64,000 nucleotides of DNA from Candidatus Dojkabacteria bacterium (GCA_035271645.1 DATERJ010000008.1:1051-65050); one strand, 5' to 3'; shown: positions 36,375 to 47,021, counted from the first letter of the stretch. Made by a program: numbers and translations. The notes: generated by a model from the sequence alone, not told the origin.

Positions 36375-37619
36375 TTACAAATGTCTAACATTATCTAAAT
36401 ACCATTCTGCTACTAGTAAAGACACTTTTGAAATTGCAATTAGTGCAATCATCTCAATTGCAAGTACTCTCATGAATCCTGTCCCAAGTATGCTGATTGT
36501 TATTAGTATAGCGACAGCACCAATGATAATATATATTTCAGAATCTCTATTACTAACAAGGGCTCTAATCAGAATACTTGTTAATATTGCAGATATTGTC
36601 AGAAGAAACGTATCAACAGGAACTTGAGTTAGTTTTAGGTATGCAAGATATGCAGTCAAAGCGATAATTGTTCCTAATAGTGATTTTATCAAATTCTCTT
36701 TAGTATCATATTTAAATATGAAAAGGAAAAGATAGGCGGCGATTAGTGAAATTGCAAAACCAATAGTTACTTTAATGTAATCAACCTTTACATTCTGTGC
36801 CTCAAGAGAATTTTGAGACTCAAGAGTGTATGTAGCTGGGATATGACCAGAGTTATACAACAATCTAATGACCTTAACGCTCTCTTCGTCATCTGCATTG
36901 ACACCAACGGTAATCGACTCTGGTTTGTTTGAACCTTCCTGAAAGATGGGGACTTGGTATGGTGTTACAAACTCATCTATATCAACACCAATGGTCTCGC
37001 CTTGTTTTGCTTTAAGGAATTCATATAATTTGGCATTTTTGCTTGGTTTCTGTTTGAATATTGCAAAGTATCTGTAACTTCCATCACTTGCTCTTAATTT
37101 CTGTTTTGGGATGTATACTTCTCTGAATGCAGACTGATCCCATTCGGTTGTATCATAGTTCTCTCCCATAATGACCACAAGAGGATTCTCTTCATCATCA
37201 AAATCAACATCAGCTTTTCTTGTAACAATTTTGTAATCAAATCTGTTTGCAATTAGCTGGGCTACGCTTTCTTCATTTTTAGTTGTATTTACCACTATTC
37301 GTAGTTTTGTACTCTCATTATCTCCGCCCTCAACAAAAATGGTGGAGTTTTCTACACCAAATCCTCTTAATCTTCTGTAAAAAACCTCTTTGATTTTTTT
37401 TATCTCTTTTTCATCTTTACTTTCAACCTTTACAAAATATTCCTTAGACCAGTATTGAGAATCTTTTGTATTTAGGTTAAATGTTAACTTCTCTGAGATT
37501 TTTTCTGTTAAAGGAAGAGCTACGAGGGTTGTTGAGATTAGTAGGGCGGTAAGAAGAACGAGAGAAATGTATTGGAAAGTTTTCTTTAAATTGACATTGA
37601 AGTTGAGTTTGATTTTCAT
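36375..37619 (-). CDS. Divergent SecD-like protein
   Basis: TM1, large extracellular domain (..RRLRGFGVENSTI.., LYNSGHIP resembling L.SG.LP), then about 5 TMs. Confidence 0.6.
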   Translation of the reverse strand: MKIKLNFNVNLKKTFQYISLVLLTALLISTTLVALPLTEKISEKLTFNLNTKDSQYWSKEYFVKVESKDEKEIKKIKEVFYRRLRGFGVENSTIFVEGGDNESTKLRIVVNTTKNEESVAQLIANRFDYKIVTRKADVDFDDEENPLVVIMGENYDTTEWDQSAFREVYIPKQKLRASDGSYRYFAIFKQKPSKNAKLYEFLKAKQGETIGVDIDEFVTPYQVPIFQEGSNKPESITVGVNADDEESVKVIRLLYNSGHIPATYTLESQNSLEAQNVKVDYIKVTIGFAISLIAAYLFLFIFKYDTKENLIKSLLGTIIALTAYLAYLKLTQVPVDTFLLTISAILTSILIRALVSNRDSEIYIIIGAVAILITISILGTGFMRVLAIEMIALIAISKVSLLVAEWYLDNVRHL

Positions 37620-37621
37620 AG

Positions 37622-38203
37622 TTATAGTAAATCAGATATCTGTCCAAAGAGTACAATTTTATCGTGTTCTAGTATATTCATCAAGAAAGGTTCTTTTTTC
37701 TTTCTTGCAAAATCAAAATCTTCTTTAGTAATAGCACTAAATCTAATCTCTTTCTCCATGTCTTTCTCGAGAGCTCCCATGGCATTTGTTAAATCTTTGA
37801 TTCTCATAGTACCAATGAAAAGAAAATCTACATCTGTATCATGCTCATATTTCTTTTTAATGAAGCTGTCTGTTAGGACTACGACTTCCACACCCTCTAC
37901 ATTGTTTGCAACTTCTAAAATTTTCTTTCCCTTGATGGACTGTTTGTAGAACATAGCTCTTAGGTCGTAGATAATGGGGCACTCCTTATTAATTCTGTAT
38001 ACAACTCTGTTTCCTTCCTTTCTAGATTTGAGTATCCCAGCTTTCTCTAAGTTCATTAACTCTCTGCGGACTGCATTAATCTCCTCATCAAGAATTCTTA
38101 CAAGTCCTCTAACATGATGGGCAGCGTTTAAATCAGACATATATGTTTCTAGTATGCTGATTCTAACTTTTGAAATAAACAGATGTTTTAACATGCAACC
38201 CAA
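37622..38203 (-). CDS. Winged-HTH plus nucleotidyltransferase-like domain protein
   Basis: LFISKVR, HVRGLVR....INAVRREL.NLE..GIL wHTH; C-terminal DVDFLFIG. Confidence 0.75.
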   Translation of the reverse strand: MGCMLKHLFISKVRISILETYMSDLNAAHHVRGLVRILDEEINAVRRELMNLEKAGILKSRKEGNRVVYRINKECPIIYDLRAMFYKQSIKGKKILEVANNVEGVEVVVLTDSFIKKKYEHDTDVDFLFIGTMRIKDLTNAMGALEKDMEKEIRFSAITKEDFDFARKKKEPFLMNILEHDKIVLFGQISDLL

Positions 38204-38214
38204 CCTTTTTAATA

Positions 38215-39486
38215 TTATTGCTCTATTATATCAAATTTTCCTATTGCTTGGGGCAATGCAACAATCCAGATTCTACCACGATTAAACTTTATAGCTTTTC
38301 CACTATTATCATAGAACTTAGTTCTGTCGTTTTTAGAAGTCTTTTTCCATCTTCCATTAATAATCTTCCCATCTTGCAGTATTACAGCTTCTCCTTCACT
38401 AACAGTTGGAATTACCACCCTAGATGTCCCATCAGCAGCACCAGACATATTCACTTTTTGTATTACAACATTCTTTGCAGTTACCTGAGTGTTTGTTTCT
38501 TGATCAATATCTTTTTTTCCTCCAACTTTTCTAAGATATGTGTTTGTGGCTTGGTCATATGTCCACATTGAATCATATATACCACCGTTGTTTAATCGCA
38601 TATGGAAAACTACCTTCACAACAGTCTTCTCTCCTCTGTCTTTCAGATCGGCATCATTCTTAAATTCTAAACTTTGAATGTTGCTAGGAAAACTATCCCA
38701 ATTCATCCTCTTTGCATAATCCCAAGCGTTTCTTACAGAGCTGTATTCATTATGTGGAGCAAATCTTCTTCCATCATTCCATCTCCATGCACCGATTGTA
38801 GCGATATCTTTGATGGCATATGCATGTATATTTCCACAAGCATTTGCCTTAGGATCTGTACTCTCTGCACAACCATCACGAATTAGTAGAGGGTCATATT
38901 CACTTGCCCATTCAAGATAGTACTGTCTAAGGCTTCTAATTGGACCAACTTTATCTGGTGCGCTACTCCAATATATTGCCATGTTACGGGTAATTCCACC
39001 TTCTGCATGTGCTTCGTAGACAATGTCAGCACTATTTAATCCAGAAGCAGGTCGAGCTTGTACATGATTGTTTGTCATTACAGCAACAGGTCTTCTCTTT
39101 TTCATCTCTTTCATCTCTTTTTTAGTGAAAAGAAGCCCATTAAGAGGACTTTCTTCTGTCCTTGGTTCTTGAGGTTCGGAGAGTAGTGGTAGGTCTTTTG
39201 CAAAAGGTTTAAGTTTAGAGTTAGAGGCGATGTAGCCTTTATCAAACAGTACAATCTTAGATGGTGGTATAGGTCTTAATTTGTATATTGCAAAGTAGTA
39301 GAAGACAGCAATTCCTACAACAGAGAATATCGCCACTAGTGGAAAGATTAAACTCTTCGGATTAAATTTCTTCTTCTGTTCGATAGGGGGTTCTGTCTTT
39401 GCGACAGTCTCTTCGGTATTTGTTCCTGCTGGGGTTTCTTTCCCATCTAAGATTTCAATTACTTCTGCCATACTAAATCCTACCAT
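38215..39486 (-). CDS. DUF3048 (YerB-like) membrane-anchored protein
   Basis: SPLNG, RPVAVM.NN...ARP.SGL..ADIVYE...EGGITR, VGPIRS.R.YY. Confidence 0.9.
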   Translation of the reverse strand: MVGFSMAEVIEILDGKETPAGTNTEETVAKTEPPIEQKKKFNPKSLIFPLVAIFSVVGIAVFYYFAIYKLRPIPPSKIVLFDKGYIASNSKLKPFAKDLPLLSEPQEPRTEESPLNGLLFTKKEMKEMKKRRPVAVMTNNHVQARPASGLNSADIVYEAHAEGGITRNMAIYWSSAPDKVGPIRSLRQYYLEWASEYDPLLIRDGCAESTDPKANACGNIHAYAIKDIATIGAWRWNDGRRFAPHNEYSSVRNAWDYAKRMNWDSFPSNIQSLEFKNDADLKDRGEKTVVKVVFHMRLNNGGIYDSMWTYDQATNTYLRKVGGKKDIDQETNTQVTAKNVVIQKVNMSGAADGTSRVVIPTVSEGEAVILQDGKIINGRWKKTSKNDRTKFYDNSGKAIKFNRGRIWIVALPQAIGKFDIIEQ

Positions 39487-39555
39487 AAATATCAGCTATT
39501 TCAATATCACTCTTTCTGTGCTAGGATAAAGTGTTAAGATATTAATAAAAAATGT

Positions 39556-40578
39556 ATGAAAAAATCAGTAATATATTTCATTTTAATTCTTGCGGTCGTC
39601 GGAGGGTTAGTTGCATATATAGTTTCAAGGAATAAAGCAGAGGAAGGGAAGTCCCCAGACACAGCACAGGTACAGGAAGATAAAAAATCTGGGGAGGAGA
39701 AAACAGAGAAGGTAGAAGATAAAAAGCCAGTTAAAAAGGAAGAAACGAAGAAACAAGATACTGGTGATTACTCAAGTTTTTCATCAAACAAGCAAGAGGT
39801 AGGTACGTTTGTTGAAGATGATAAGTTTACGCTAAGGAGTATTGAAGATACTACAAAAGGTGGATATCACGAGTTTGTATTTAATCTAGAAGGTCCAAGT
39901 GAGCCGAAGGTAATTGCAAGATATGATGCTAATGCTAATGTAATTAAGGTTGAAATTTTCAATGTAGAGAAAGATAATAGTGGGATTCCATATCAGGGTG
40001 AGAGAAGTATTAACAAAGAGGGTATATTAAGATTGTATCATAATGTTTCAGGTTCTCAAGAGAAAAGCTTCTATGATATCGGTCTTTCTCAGAGTACTGT
40101 CTTTAAGTTAGATTCAACATCTGGTAGTGAAGATGATACATGGACAGTTCTTCTGTATGTGAAATATCCGGGTGAAAAAGAGGTTGAAGGTAATTTGGGA
40201 AGTAGTGAGTTCTCCAAGGATGACCAATCTATTACAGGTGTAGGTGCTGATAAAGGTGCTTCTATCAACTCATATGCATACACAGCATCTGGTGGAGTTT
40301 TGAAGTTTACCTTTGGTGTTTCTGCAAGTGGAGATAATCCAATCCCAATGGCAAGTGCTAAATATGATGGAACTGAGAAGCTGGTATTAACATTTGATAG
40401 TTTAAAGATAGATAGGGCTGTGAAAGCATGTGAAGGTATTTCATTACCTCTAGGTATTGCTTTAAATACAGAGAGAAATGGTGATAAGTCGATATATACT
40501 TTCTATGTAAAGGATGGTGCCGAGTTTAAGCTTAGTGCAAGTCTAAGTCCTAACCAAATCATTCTCGAAATTAAGTAG
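39556..40578 (+). CDS. Membrane-anchored extracellular protein with two AMIN-like beta repeats
   Basis: N-terminal TM, charged linker, repeats starting SSFSSNKQ.. and SEFSKDDQ.. Confidence 0.6.
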   Translation: MKKSVIYFILILAVVGGLVAYIVSRNKAEEGKSPDTAQVQEDKKSGEEKTEKVEDKKPVKKEETKKQDTGDYSSFSSNKQEVGTFVEDDKFTLRSIEDTTKGGYHEFVFNLEGPSEPKVIARYDANANVIKVEIFNVEKDNSGIPYQGERSINKEGILRLYHNVSGSQEKSFYDIGLSQSTVFKLDSTSGSEDDTWTVLLYVKYPGEKEVEGNLGSSEFSKDDQSITGVGADKGASINSYAYTASGGVLKFTFGVSASGDNPIPMASAKYDGTEKLVLTFDSLKIDRAVKACEGISLPLGIALNTERNGDKSIYTFYVKDGAEFKLSASLSPNQIILEIK

Positions 40579-40608
40579 TAGGTAATGTGGTTGTATAGGA
40601 AGGACCTG

Positions 40609-40914
40609 TTAATCTTCTTTGGTCTTTTTATCTACAAATGCTATTTGTAGGTCTTTTCCTAGAGCATTAGCTATCTGTACAAGTTTGTATATGGATGTGT
40701 TTCTCTTCCCATTCTCTATCTTGCTAATTGTTGTTCTTGGTATTCCAGATTTGATTGATAGTGCATCTTGTGTAATACCTAGCTCCTTTCGTGCATCTCT
40801 TAAGGCTCTTAGAGCTAGTTTATCTTCGACCTTCCTGTCCATCTCTTTAATCTCTTCTTCACTCATATATTTTTTTTGCACCTCTCTCCAAGGAATGAGC
40901 TTTGTTTTTTTCAT
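40609..40914 (-). CDS. XRE/HTH antitoxin (HigA-like)
   Basis: LRDARKELGITQ..L....GI.RTTISKIENG; downstream of the toxin gene. Confidence 0.88.
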   Translation of the reverse strand: MKKTKLIPWREVQKKYMSEEEIKEMDRKVEDKLALRALRDARKELGITQDALSIKSGIPRTTISKIENGKRNTSIYKLVQIANALGKDLQIAFVDKKTKED

Positions 40915-40920
40915 AAGTTC

Positions 40921-41247
40921 TTACAATCTAATATTATTTTTTCTCCTAAGTGCTTTCTGTATCTCTCTTAAAGGTGTTTTTTGTGTCTTTTTTCTGAATG
41001 CAGAGAGAATTATAATGTCATTATTATGATGACAGTAGATGAATCTGTATATTCCATCTGCAATTATTCTGATTTCAAAAAGATCAAAACAACTTAACTT
41101 TTTAGAATCTGGGTATTCAAGATATCCTTTTTTCTCAAACTCTGTTATTAATTCAAAATATTTGTCTCTAACAACTTCAGGGAAGGAATCTATTTCTTCC
41201 TCAGCCTGTTCGAGAACATATATGTCTTTCTTTATGCATTGTGTCAT
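40921..41247 (-). CDS. RelE/HigB-like (Gp49/DUF891) toxin
   Basis: P.SKKL....LFEIR......YRFIY......ILSAF.KKTQKTP..EI..A..R. Confidence 0.88.
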   Translation of the reverse strand: MTQCIKKDIYVLEQAEEEIDSFPEVVRDKYFELITEFEKKGYLEYPDSKKLSCFDLFEIRIIADGIYRFIYCHHNNDIIILSAFRKKTQKTPLREIQKALRRKNNIRL

Positions 41248-41348
41248 ATATGGCAATATAAGTCAATGTTATCCACTTACATATATTTTAGCTTTCAAAA
41301 ATGAACTAAGGATTAAATTTTTACTTAAGTTTGGTATAATGAAAACAA

Positions 41349-41422
41349 CGGGGTGTAGTTCAGATGGCTAGAACGCTTGTATGGGGTACAAGAGGTCGCT
41401 CGTTCAAGTCGAGTCACCCCGA
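41349..41422 (+). tRNA. tRNA-Pro(GGG)
   Basis: CGGGGTG/CACCCCG acceptor, CTTGT-ATGGGGT-ACAAG anticodon arm, GTTCAAGT; TGG-TATAAT promoter just upstream; CCA not encoded. Confidence 0.95.
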
Positions 41423-41470
41423 TTTATTGTACAAATCTATATTATTTATATCTCTTTTGAAGATAAATAT

Positions 41471-42970
41471 ATGACAAAAGAAAAATCAATTAAAATATAC
41501 AACACACCAAGTAAACAAAAAGTTGCTTTTGATCCATACAAAGATGAAGAAGTATGTATGTATAGTTGTGGTCCTACAGTTTACAATACTGTACATATAG
41601 GGAATCTAAGGTCACTCCTCAATTTTGATGTTGTGGGAAGAGCTCTTAGGTATATGGGGTACAACTTAAAAAGAGTTGTAAATTTCACCGATGTAGGTCA
41701 TATGTCTAGTGATGCTGATTTTGGGGAAGACAAGATTGAAAGACAGGCTAAAAAAGAAAATGTCGCAGCTATGGAAATTGCTAATAAATATATTTCTCGT
41801 GTTCTTGAAAGTTTTAGGAAAGTAAATATTTTAAATCCAGATGGTTCTCCCATAGAAGAAAATATAGATGTTGAGAATATGTCTAAAGAAGAATGGGCCA
41901 AGTTAGGTTGGGCTAGAGCTACTGACTATATAGATGAAATGATAACTTTAATATCCCTCATCGAGAAAAATGGTCATACCTATGAAACTGAACAAGCTCT
42001 GTATTTTGATGTTTCAACCTTCCCAGAATACTTTGAATTTTCAGGTCAGAAGTTAGAGGAGAAACAGGTTGCCGTGAGAGAAGAAGTCAAAGAAGACCCT
42101 TACAAGAAAAATCCTGCAGATTTTGTTCTATGGATGAAAAGATATGGAAAGTACGAGAATCACATGATGCATTGGGATTCCCCTTGGGGTGATGGGTTTC
42201 CTGGTTGGCATATCGAGTGTTCAGCTATGAGTTGGACACTACTTGGAGAGAAAATTGACATTCACACAGGAGGAACAGATTTAGTATCAGTACATCATTC
42301 AAATGAGATAGCTCAGAATGTTGGAGCATTTGGACACGATGTGGTGAAGTATTGGCTTCATAATGAGTTTGTATATTCTTCAAGTGATGAAAAATTGTCT
42401 AAAAGTAAGGGTAATGCATTAAGCTTAGAAGAGATAGAGAAGCTTGGTATTGATCTGATGGGTTTGAGATGGTACTACCTGACATCTAGTTACAGGTCAC
42501 CTATGAAATTTAGTATAGAGTCGCTGAAGTCAGCTGAGAAAGTATATCTTCGTACAGTAAAAACACTTACTGAACTGTATGAAGGCAGGGAGGGGAATAT
42601 AAATGAAGAATATGTGAATAACTTTAAAGAAGCTATATCAGATAATTTTAATACACCTAAGATGTTGGCTCTTTTAAATCAATTAGTGAGATCAGATTTG
42701 AAGCCAGAAGATATAGTTGCTACTGCTTTTGAGTTTGACAAGGTTTTAGGATTGGATCTGAAGAAAACAGTATTGGAAGGAACTGAGGGGAAAAGTGAAG
42801 TTCATTGGTCAGAAATAGAAATTGCAGATTTAAGACAAGCTCTTGAAGATAGGGAAGAAGCTAGAAAAGATAAAGATTGGGAGAAGTCAGATATCTTGAG
42901 GGAAAAAATACTAAAGATGGGATATGAGGTTTTGGATAAAGAGGATGGGCAGTATGTTACTCGTATTTGA
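41471..42970 (+). CDS. cysS: Cysteine--tRNA ligase (start moved downstream of the tRNA)
   Basis: [34 protein letters not shown]. Confidence 0.97.
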   Translation: MTKEKSIKIYNTPSKQKVAFDPYKDEEVCMYSCGPTVYNTVHIGNLRSLLNFDVVGRALRYMGYNLKRVVNFTDVGHMSSDADFGEDKIERQAKKENVAAMEIANKYISRVLESFRKVNILNPDGSPIEENIDVENMSKEEWAKLGWARATDYIDEMITLISLIEKNGHTYETEQALYFDVSTFPEYFEFSGQKLEEKQVAVREEVKEDPYKKNPADFVLWMKRYGKYENHMMHWDSPWGDGFPGWHIECSAMSWTLLGEKIDIHTGGTDLVSVHHSNEIAQNVGAFGHDVVKYWLHNEFVYSSSDEKLSKSKGNALSLEEIEKLGIDLMGLRWYYLTSSYRSPMKFSIESLKSAEKVYLRTVKTLTELYEGREGNINEEYVNNFKEAISDNFNTPKMLALLNQLVRSDLKPEDIVATAFEFDKVLGLDLKKTVLEGTEGKSEVHWSEIEIADLRQALEDREEARKDKDWEKSDILREKILKMGYEVLDKEDGQYVTRI

Positions 42971-42994
42971 CATGCAGGAAAAAACATGTAGAAT
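42967..42994 (+). promoter_or_regulatory. Promoter upstream of a small peptide gene
   Basis: TTGACA-16-TAGAAT. Confidence 0.55.
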
Positions 42995-43023
42995 AGTACC
43001 GGTTTATCTAAATACTTTAGAAT

Positions 43024-43116
43024 ATGAACAATACAGACAAGAAAAGTAATAAGTATGTGTTAGCTTATTTCCTCTTATTCTTAATTCCTTTACTGTTACT
43101 CTTTATTAAAGGTTAA
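43024..43116 (+). CDS. 30-aa basic/hydrophobic peptide (not in ORF track)
   Basis: MNNTDKKSNKYVLAYFLLFLIPLLLLFIKG*; own promoter; no SD, as usual in this genome. Confidence 0.5.
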   Translation: MNNTDKKSNKYVLAYFLLFLIPLLLLFIKG

Positions 43117-43264
43117 GAGATTTCCAATAAAGATTTGTTTTTTTCCTTAACTTGGGATATTGTATAGGTGTTAGTTATGTATATCGTGTAGATATATTAA
43201 TTGTAGCTCGAGATATGTCATAACTACTAAGAATTAATTCTAAATAAGTTAATAATTTTTGTAT

Positions 43265-44674
43265 ATGGAGGGTGAAACTTACATTGGCAATCCAGAGTGG
43301 AAGGAAACTAACAATATAGTGAACCTAGTAGAGGAAGAGCATGAGCATGGGATGTCTAGTTATAGAATTGAGATTAACCCTGAGTTTGTACAAGAATGCT
43401 ACATACATGATCAAGCATGGGATGAAGAATTTAAAAAGTATGTTGCACGCGATTACCCATATACTATGTCCCCCCAGACAACTCGACTGATTGCTTCAGC
43501 ATCGACAGAACTGAAAAAGGAGATGCACAATGTTGGCTTTGATGTTGAGAGTTGGATTAGACTTTCGGAAAGTGAACCTTACGTTATGGGTGTTTTACGC
43601 AGGGTTATGATTACTGATACGATTGAACCAATTATTGGATACACAGATGAAATGGCACTTTATTTAGCAGATTTGAAAGCTGAATCTCCAGATCAATTGT
43701 TACATATTCGATCTTTTTTTAGTGGGGCATCGGTTGCTGACAAATCCCTTATTGCACGTTTATATCAAATGGGTGTTTCTGCAAACTTGTTAGCAACAGA
43801 CTTATCAGCAGACTCTATTGCTGTTGGTGCATTGAACTTTGAAGTTTGGAATCAAATGTTACCAGAACAGGATAGGTACGAGATTCATATGGTTAATGGT
43901 GATGTCCCTCAAGAGCTTTTAGATAGAGATAGAACGATTATTCTTCAAGTAGGTGATGCTATTACAACCTCAAAAAGAGATTCTTTAAATTCTACTACAT
44001 ATGATGCTTTGATTATCGATAATGGATTACAATATATTGATGCAGGCTCAACTAAGGAGATTCTGTCTAATGTATTACAGAACAAGGGGGATAGAGGTTT
44101 GTATATAGGAACTTTAGGCTTAGATTCGGATATTAGAGTAGAGATTTCTCCAATTACGCATGCTAAAGAAATATCCAAAGTTTTGTTCTTGGGTAAAGAT
44201 TTAGTAAAGGAATATGAAAAAAGCTATTTCTTGAATCCCCCATACGGTTATAGACATAATTATGAATTTAAAGTTGGAAAGGATAACCAGATATTAATAA
44301 CTAGAGTATACTCGGAAGGAACTGCAAGAATGTATACATGGCTAGCTAAGCTTTTGAAAAGTAATAAGTCCATGTTTGGTGAGGTAATGAAAGCGGCAAA
44401 ATCTGCAACGGACCTTTCAAAAGCAAATGTTGAAGTTGAGACAACTCCCTTTGATTATCATCAAGCAATGTTGAAAGCTATAAAAGAGAATCAAATGGAA
44501 TATATTGTTCACGAAAAACCTCTGAACTACGAGGATTTTGGTTGGGAGAAGGTTGAAGGTAAAGAAGATATTTATTCTAATGGGAAAGAAGAGATTGATG
44601 GGGGCACAATGATGAGAATATGCAAGGAGAAAGATCCTGTGGTTTTAAGAATCAGTAGGATTTTGGTTAAATAA
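43265..44674 (+). CDS. Class I SAM-dependent methyltransferase-fold protein of unknown substrate
   Basis: Ordered Rossmann-MT motifs IRSFFSGAS, LLATDLS, LQVGDA, YDALIIDNGLQYI, VLQNKGDRGLYI. Confidence 0.65.
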   Translation: MEGETYIGNPEWKETNNIVNLVEEEHEHGMSSYRIEINPEFVQECYIHDQAWDEEFKKYVARDYPYTMSPQTTRLIASASTELKKEMHNVGFDVESWIRLSESEPYVMGVLRRVMITDTIEPIIGYTDEMALYLADLKAESPDQLLHIRSFFSGASVADKSLIARLYQMGVSANLLATDLSADSIAVGALNFEVWNQMLPEQDRYEIHMVNGDVPQELLDRDRTIILQVGDAITTSKRDSLNSTTYDALIIDNGLQYIDAGSTKEILSNVLQNKGDRGLYIGTLGLDSDIRVEISPITHAKEISKVLFLGKDLVKEYEKSYFLNPPYGYRHNYEFKVGKDNQILITRVYSEGTARMYTWLAKLLKSNKSMFGEVMKAAKSATDLSKANVEVETTPFDYHQAMLKAIKENQMEYIVHEKPLNYEDFGWEKVEGKEDIYSNGKEEIDGGTMMRICKEKDPVVLRISRILVK

Positions 44675-44694
44675 CAAAGGAGGATTAGACACAT

Positions 44695-46971
44695 ATGGGC
44701 ATAAATATTTTAGGTATAGCAAGTTTACTTTTTGCGATAGTAAATATTATCTTGGGGGTTTATGTATTACTTAAAGACCCTAGGAAATCTAATAATGTTG
44801 TATATTCGTTAAGTGTTATTTCAATTGCTTTATGGATTGTTTTCACATACCTCTATAATAATCCAGGCTCTTCTTCTCCCAAGTTCTGGTTGAAAATGGT
44901 TTATATAGCTTCATATGGTATGCTATTAGCCCAACTTTTATTCGCTTATTTCTTTCCAAAGAGAACCAAGAGTAAATTTTATCCGTTTGTTATTCCAATA
45001 GTCTTAGCCTTAATTCCTAGTATCTACGTTTTGCTTATAAAAGATTCTGTTATAGATAGCGTGATACATTATCCGGACACTTTTCTTACAATTGCTAAGA
45101 TGGGACCTGATTATTGGATATATACACTACCCAACCTTTTAGGAATTATTCTTATTCCTATATATTATCTCAATAAGAGTAAGACATTTACAGGATATGA
45201 GAAGGTCCAGTCAAGATTTTTCATGATAGGGGTTCTTGCAATGATGTTGCCAATTGTGATTATAGATTACTTTATTCCAATATTAACAGGGAATACAAAA
45301 TATTTTATTCTTGGACCACTCTTTGTTATTCCTTTTACTTTGGCTGCTGCATATCCTATCATTCAGAATAGGTTTGTTAGAATTCCTGTGATTGTTGGCA
45401 ATGTTGTTGTAGCCGTATTAAAATTAGCCTTTATATTCTCCACCTTTCTCTTCTTTACGGTTTTCCTAGAGTCGGAATATTACTTGAATTCGGATAAATA
45501 TCTCTCTATATTCTTATTTGCATTGCTTTTTACTGTCTTCTATTTTTATTTCTTTAAAAAGATAACAGATCTTCTTTTAGATTTTATCGATAAAGCTAGA
45601 AGAGAGAGGGAAATTTTAGAAAGTAACTTCTTGCAAGTTAGTGGAGTAGAGCTGACAATGGATAGGATTTTAGTTAATCTTCAGCGAAGTGTAAAGGCAT
45701 TGTTTAGCATCTCAGAATCAGGCATTTTACTGTATGATAAGGTTAGTTTCTCTGAAAAGTATTTCTCCTATCCTCAATCAGTAGATTTTGCTATGAAAGA
45801 CCTTATGGATATTGTGCAGTTTTGGGGTAAAGCAAGACTAGGTAATGTGATAGTTGCAGATGAGTTTAGAAAAGGGAATATCCTGCAGGATAGTGAAATG
45901 CCTGAAAATATAACTCAGGTTTTGGATTTTATGGATAAACATAATATCTCAGTATTATATCCGTTTAATACTAGGACTAGGTTTAACGGTCTTCTGATTC
46001 TGGGTTATAGAGAAGATGGATATCCCCTAGCATTAGATGAAATAGAGATACTTGAAAGAATGGTTGATAATACGAGTGTTTCAATGGGTAGGGCGATACT
46101 ATATGATGAAATTCAAGAATTTAGTGGAACCCTCAAACAACGGGTAGACGAACAAACCAAAGAACTACAACAAAAAGTACTAGAATTAGAAGAAGCTAGA
46201 AGAAAAGAAAGAGACATGATAGATATCATGGGTCATGAACTAAGAACACCTGCTACCATTGCCAAGTTAAATATAGATCTGCTGGAACAGTATATAGATA
46301 CAAATCCTAAGGAATATAAAAAATATTTAGACAGAGTAAAGAACAGTATTGAAAATGAAATTAGATTAATTAATGCCCTTCTCACAAGTGCAAAGTTGGA
46401 AGGTGAGAAGATTGAACTACATAGGGAAAGAATATCTCTTAAGGAGATAATAGAGAATGTAATCCATGCATATACATATGAGGCTGAAAGTAAGAAATTG
46501 AAGGTAATACAAGATGTTGATGAGGATATGCCAGATATTTTTGCAGACAAAGTAAGGGTGACAGAAATTATGGACAACCTTCTTAACAATGCAATTAAAT
46601 ATACAAAAGAAGGTTCTGTAATTATCCAAACAAGCCATACAGCAGACCATGTCCAAGTTAATGTCATTGATAGTGGAATGGGTATTCCTGATGAGGAAAT
46701 ACCAAAACTGGGTACTAAATTCCATAGAGTAGGTAACTACACCAAGGGAAAAGACAAATTTGAAATTGTTCGACCAGGTGGTACAGGCTTAGGACTTTAT
46801 GTTGTCTTCGCTCTTGTAGAACAGATGGGTGGTAAGATATGGGTCAAGAGTGACTTAGGTAAAGGTACAACCTTCTCTTTTACACTACCAGTATATACAG
46901 GTCAGAAAGAAGACATTATAGATACAAAAACAAAAGATATGTACAAAAAATTCGGTTTGAAAAAATCCTAA
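44695..46971 (+). CDS. Sensor histidine kinase: N-terminal 7TM-type (HisKA_7TM/LuxN-like) sensor, GAF-like region, HisKA and HATPase
   Basis: Multi-TM N-terminus, GHELRTP, NLLNNAIKYT, DSGMGI, GTGLGL; SD AAGGAGG. Confidence 0.93.
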   Translation: MGINILGIASLLFAIVNIILGVYVLLKDPRKSNNVVYSLSVISIALWIVFTYLYNNPGSSSPKFWLKMVYIASYGMLLAQLLFAYFFPKRTKSKFYPFVIPIVLALIPSIYVLLIKDSVIDSVIHYPDTFLTIAKMGPDYWIYTLPNLLGIILIPIYYLNKSKTFTGYEKVQSRFFMIGVLAMMLPIVIIDYFIPILTGNTKYFILGPLFVIPFTLAAAYPIIQNRFVRIPVIVGNVVVAVLKLAFIFSTFLFFTVFLESEYYLNSDKYLSIFLFALLFTVFYFYFFKKITDLLLDFIDKARREREILESNFLQVSGVELTMDRILVNLQRSVKALFSISESGILLYDKVSFSEKYFSYPQSVDFAMKDLMDIVQFWGKARLGNVIVADEFRKGNILQDSEMPENITQVLDFMDKHNISVLYPFNTRTRFNGLLILGYREDGYPLALDEIEILERMVDNTSVSMGRAILYDEIQEFSGTLKQRVDEQTKELQQKVLELEEARRKERDMIDIMGHELRTPATIAKLNIDLLEQYIDTNPKEYKKYLDRVKNSIENEIRLINALLTSAKLEGEKIELHRERISLKEIIENVIHAYTYEAESKKLKVIQDVDEDMPDIFADKVRVTEIMDNLLNNAIKYTKEGSVIIQTSHTADHVQVNVIDSGMGIPDEEIPKLGTKFHRVGNYTKGKDKFEIVRPGGTGLGLYVVFALVEQMGGKIWVKSDLGKGTTFSFTLPVYTGQKEDIIDTKTKDMYKKFGLKKS

Positions 46972-47021
46972 ATAGTAGTAAGATGAATAGGGTTAAATAT
47001 ATAAAATAAAAATATTATCAA

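Noticed and set aside
41381-41470. ORF-track N-terminal extension of cysS
   Set aside because: It overlaps tRNA-Pro; homology begins at MTKEK (41471).
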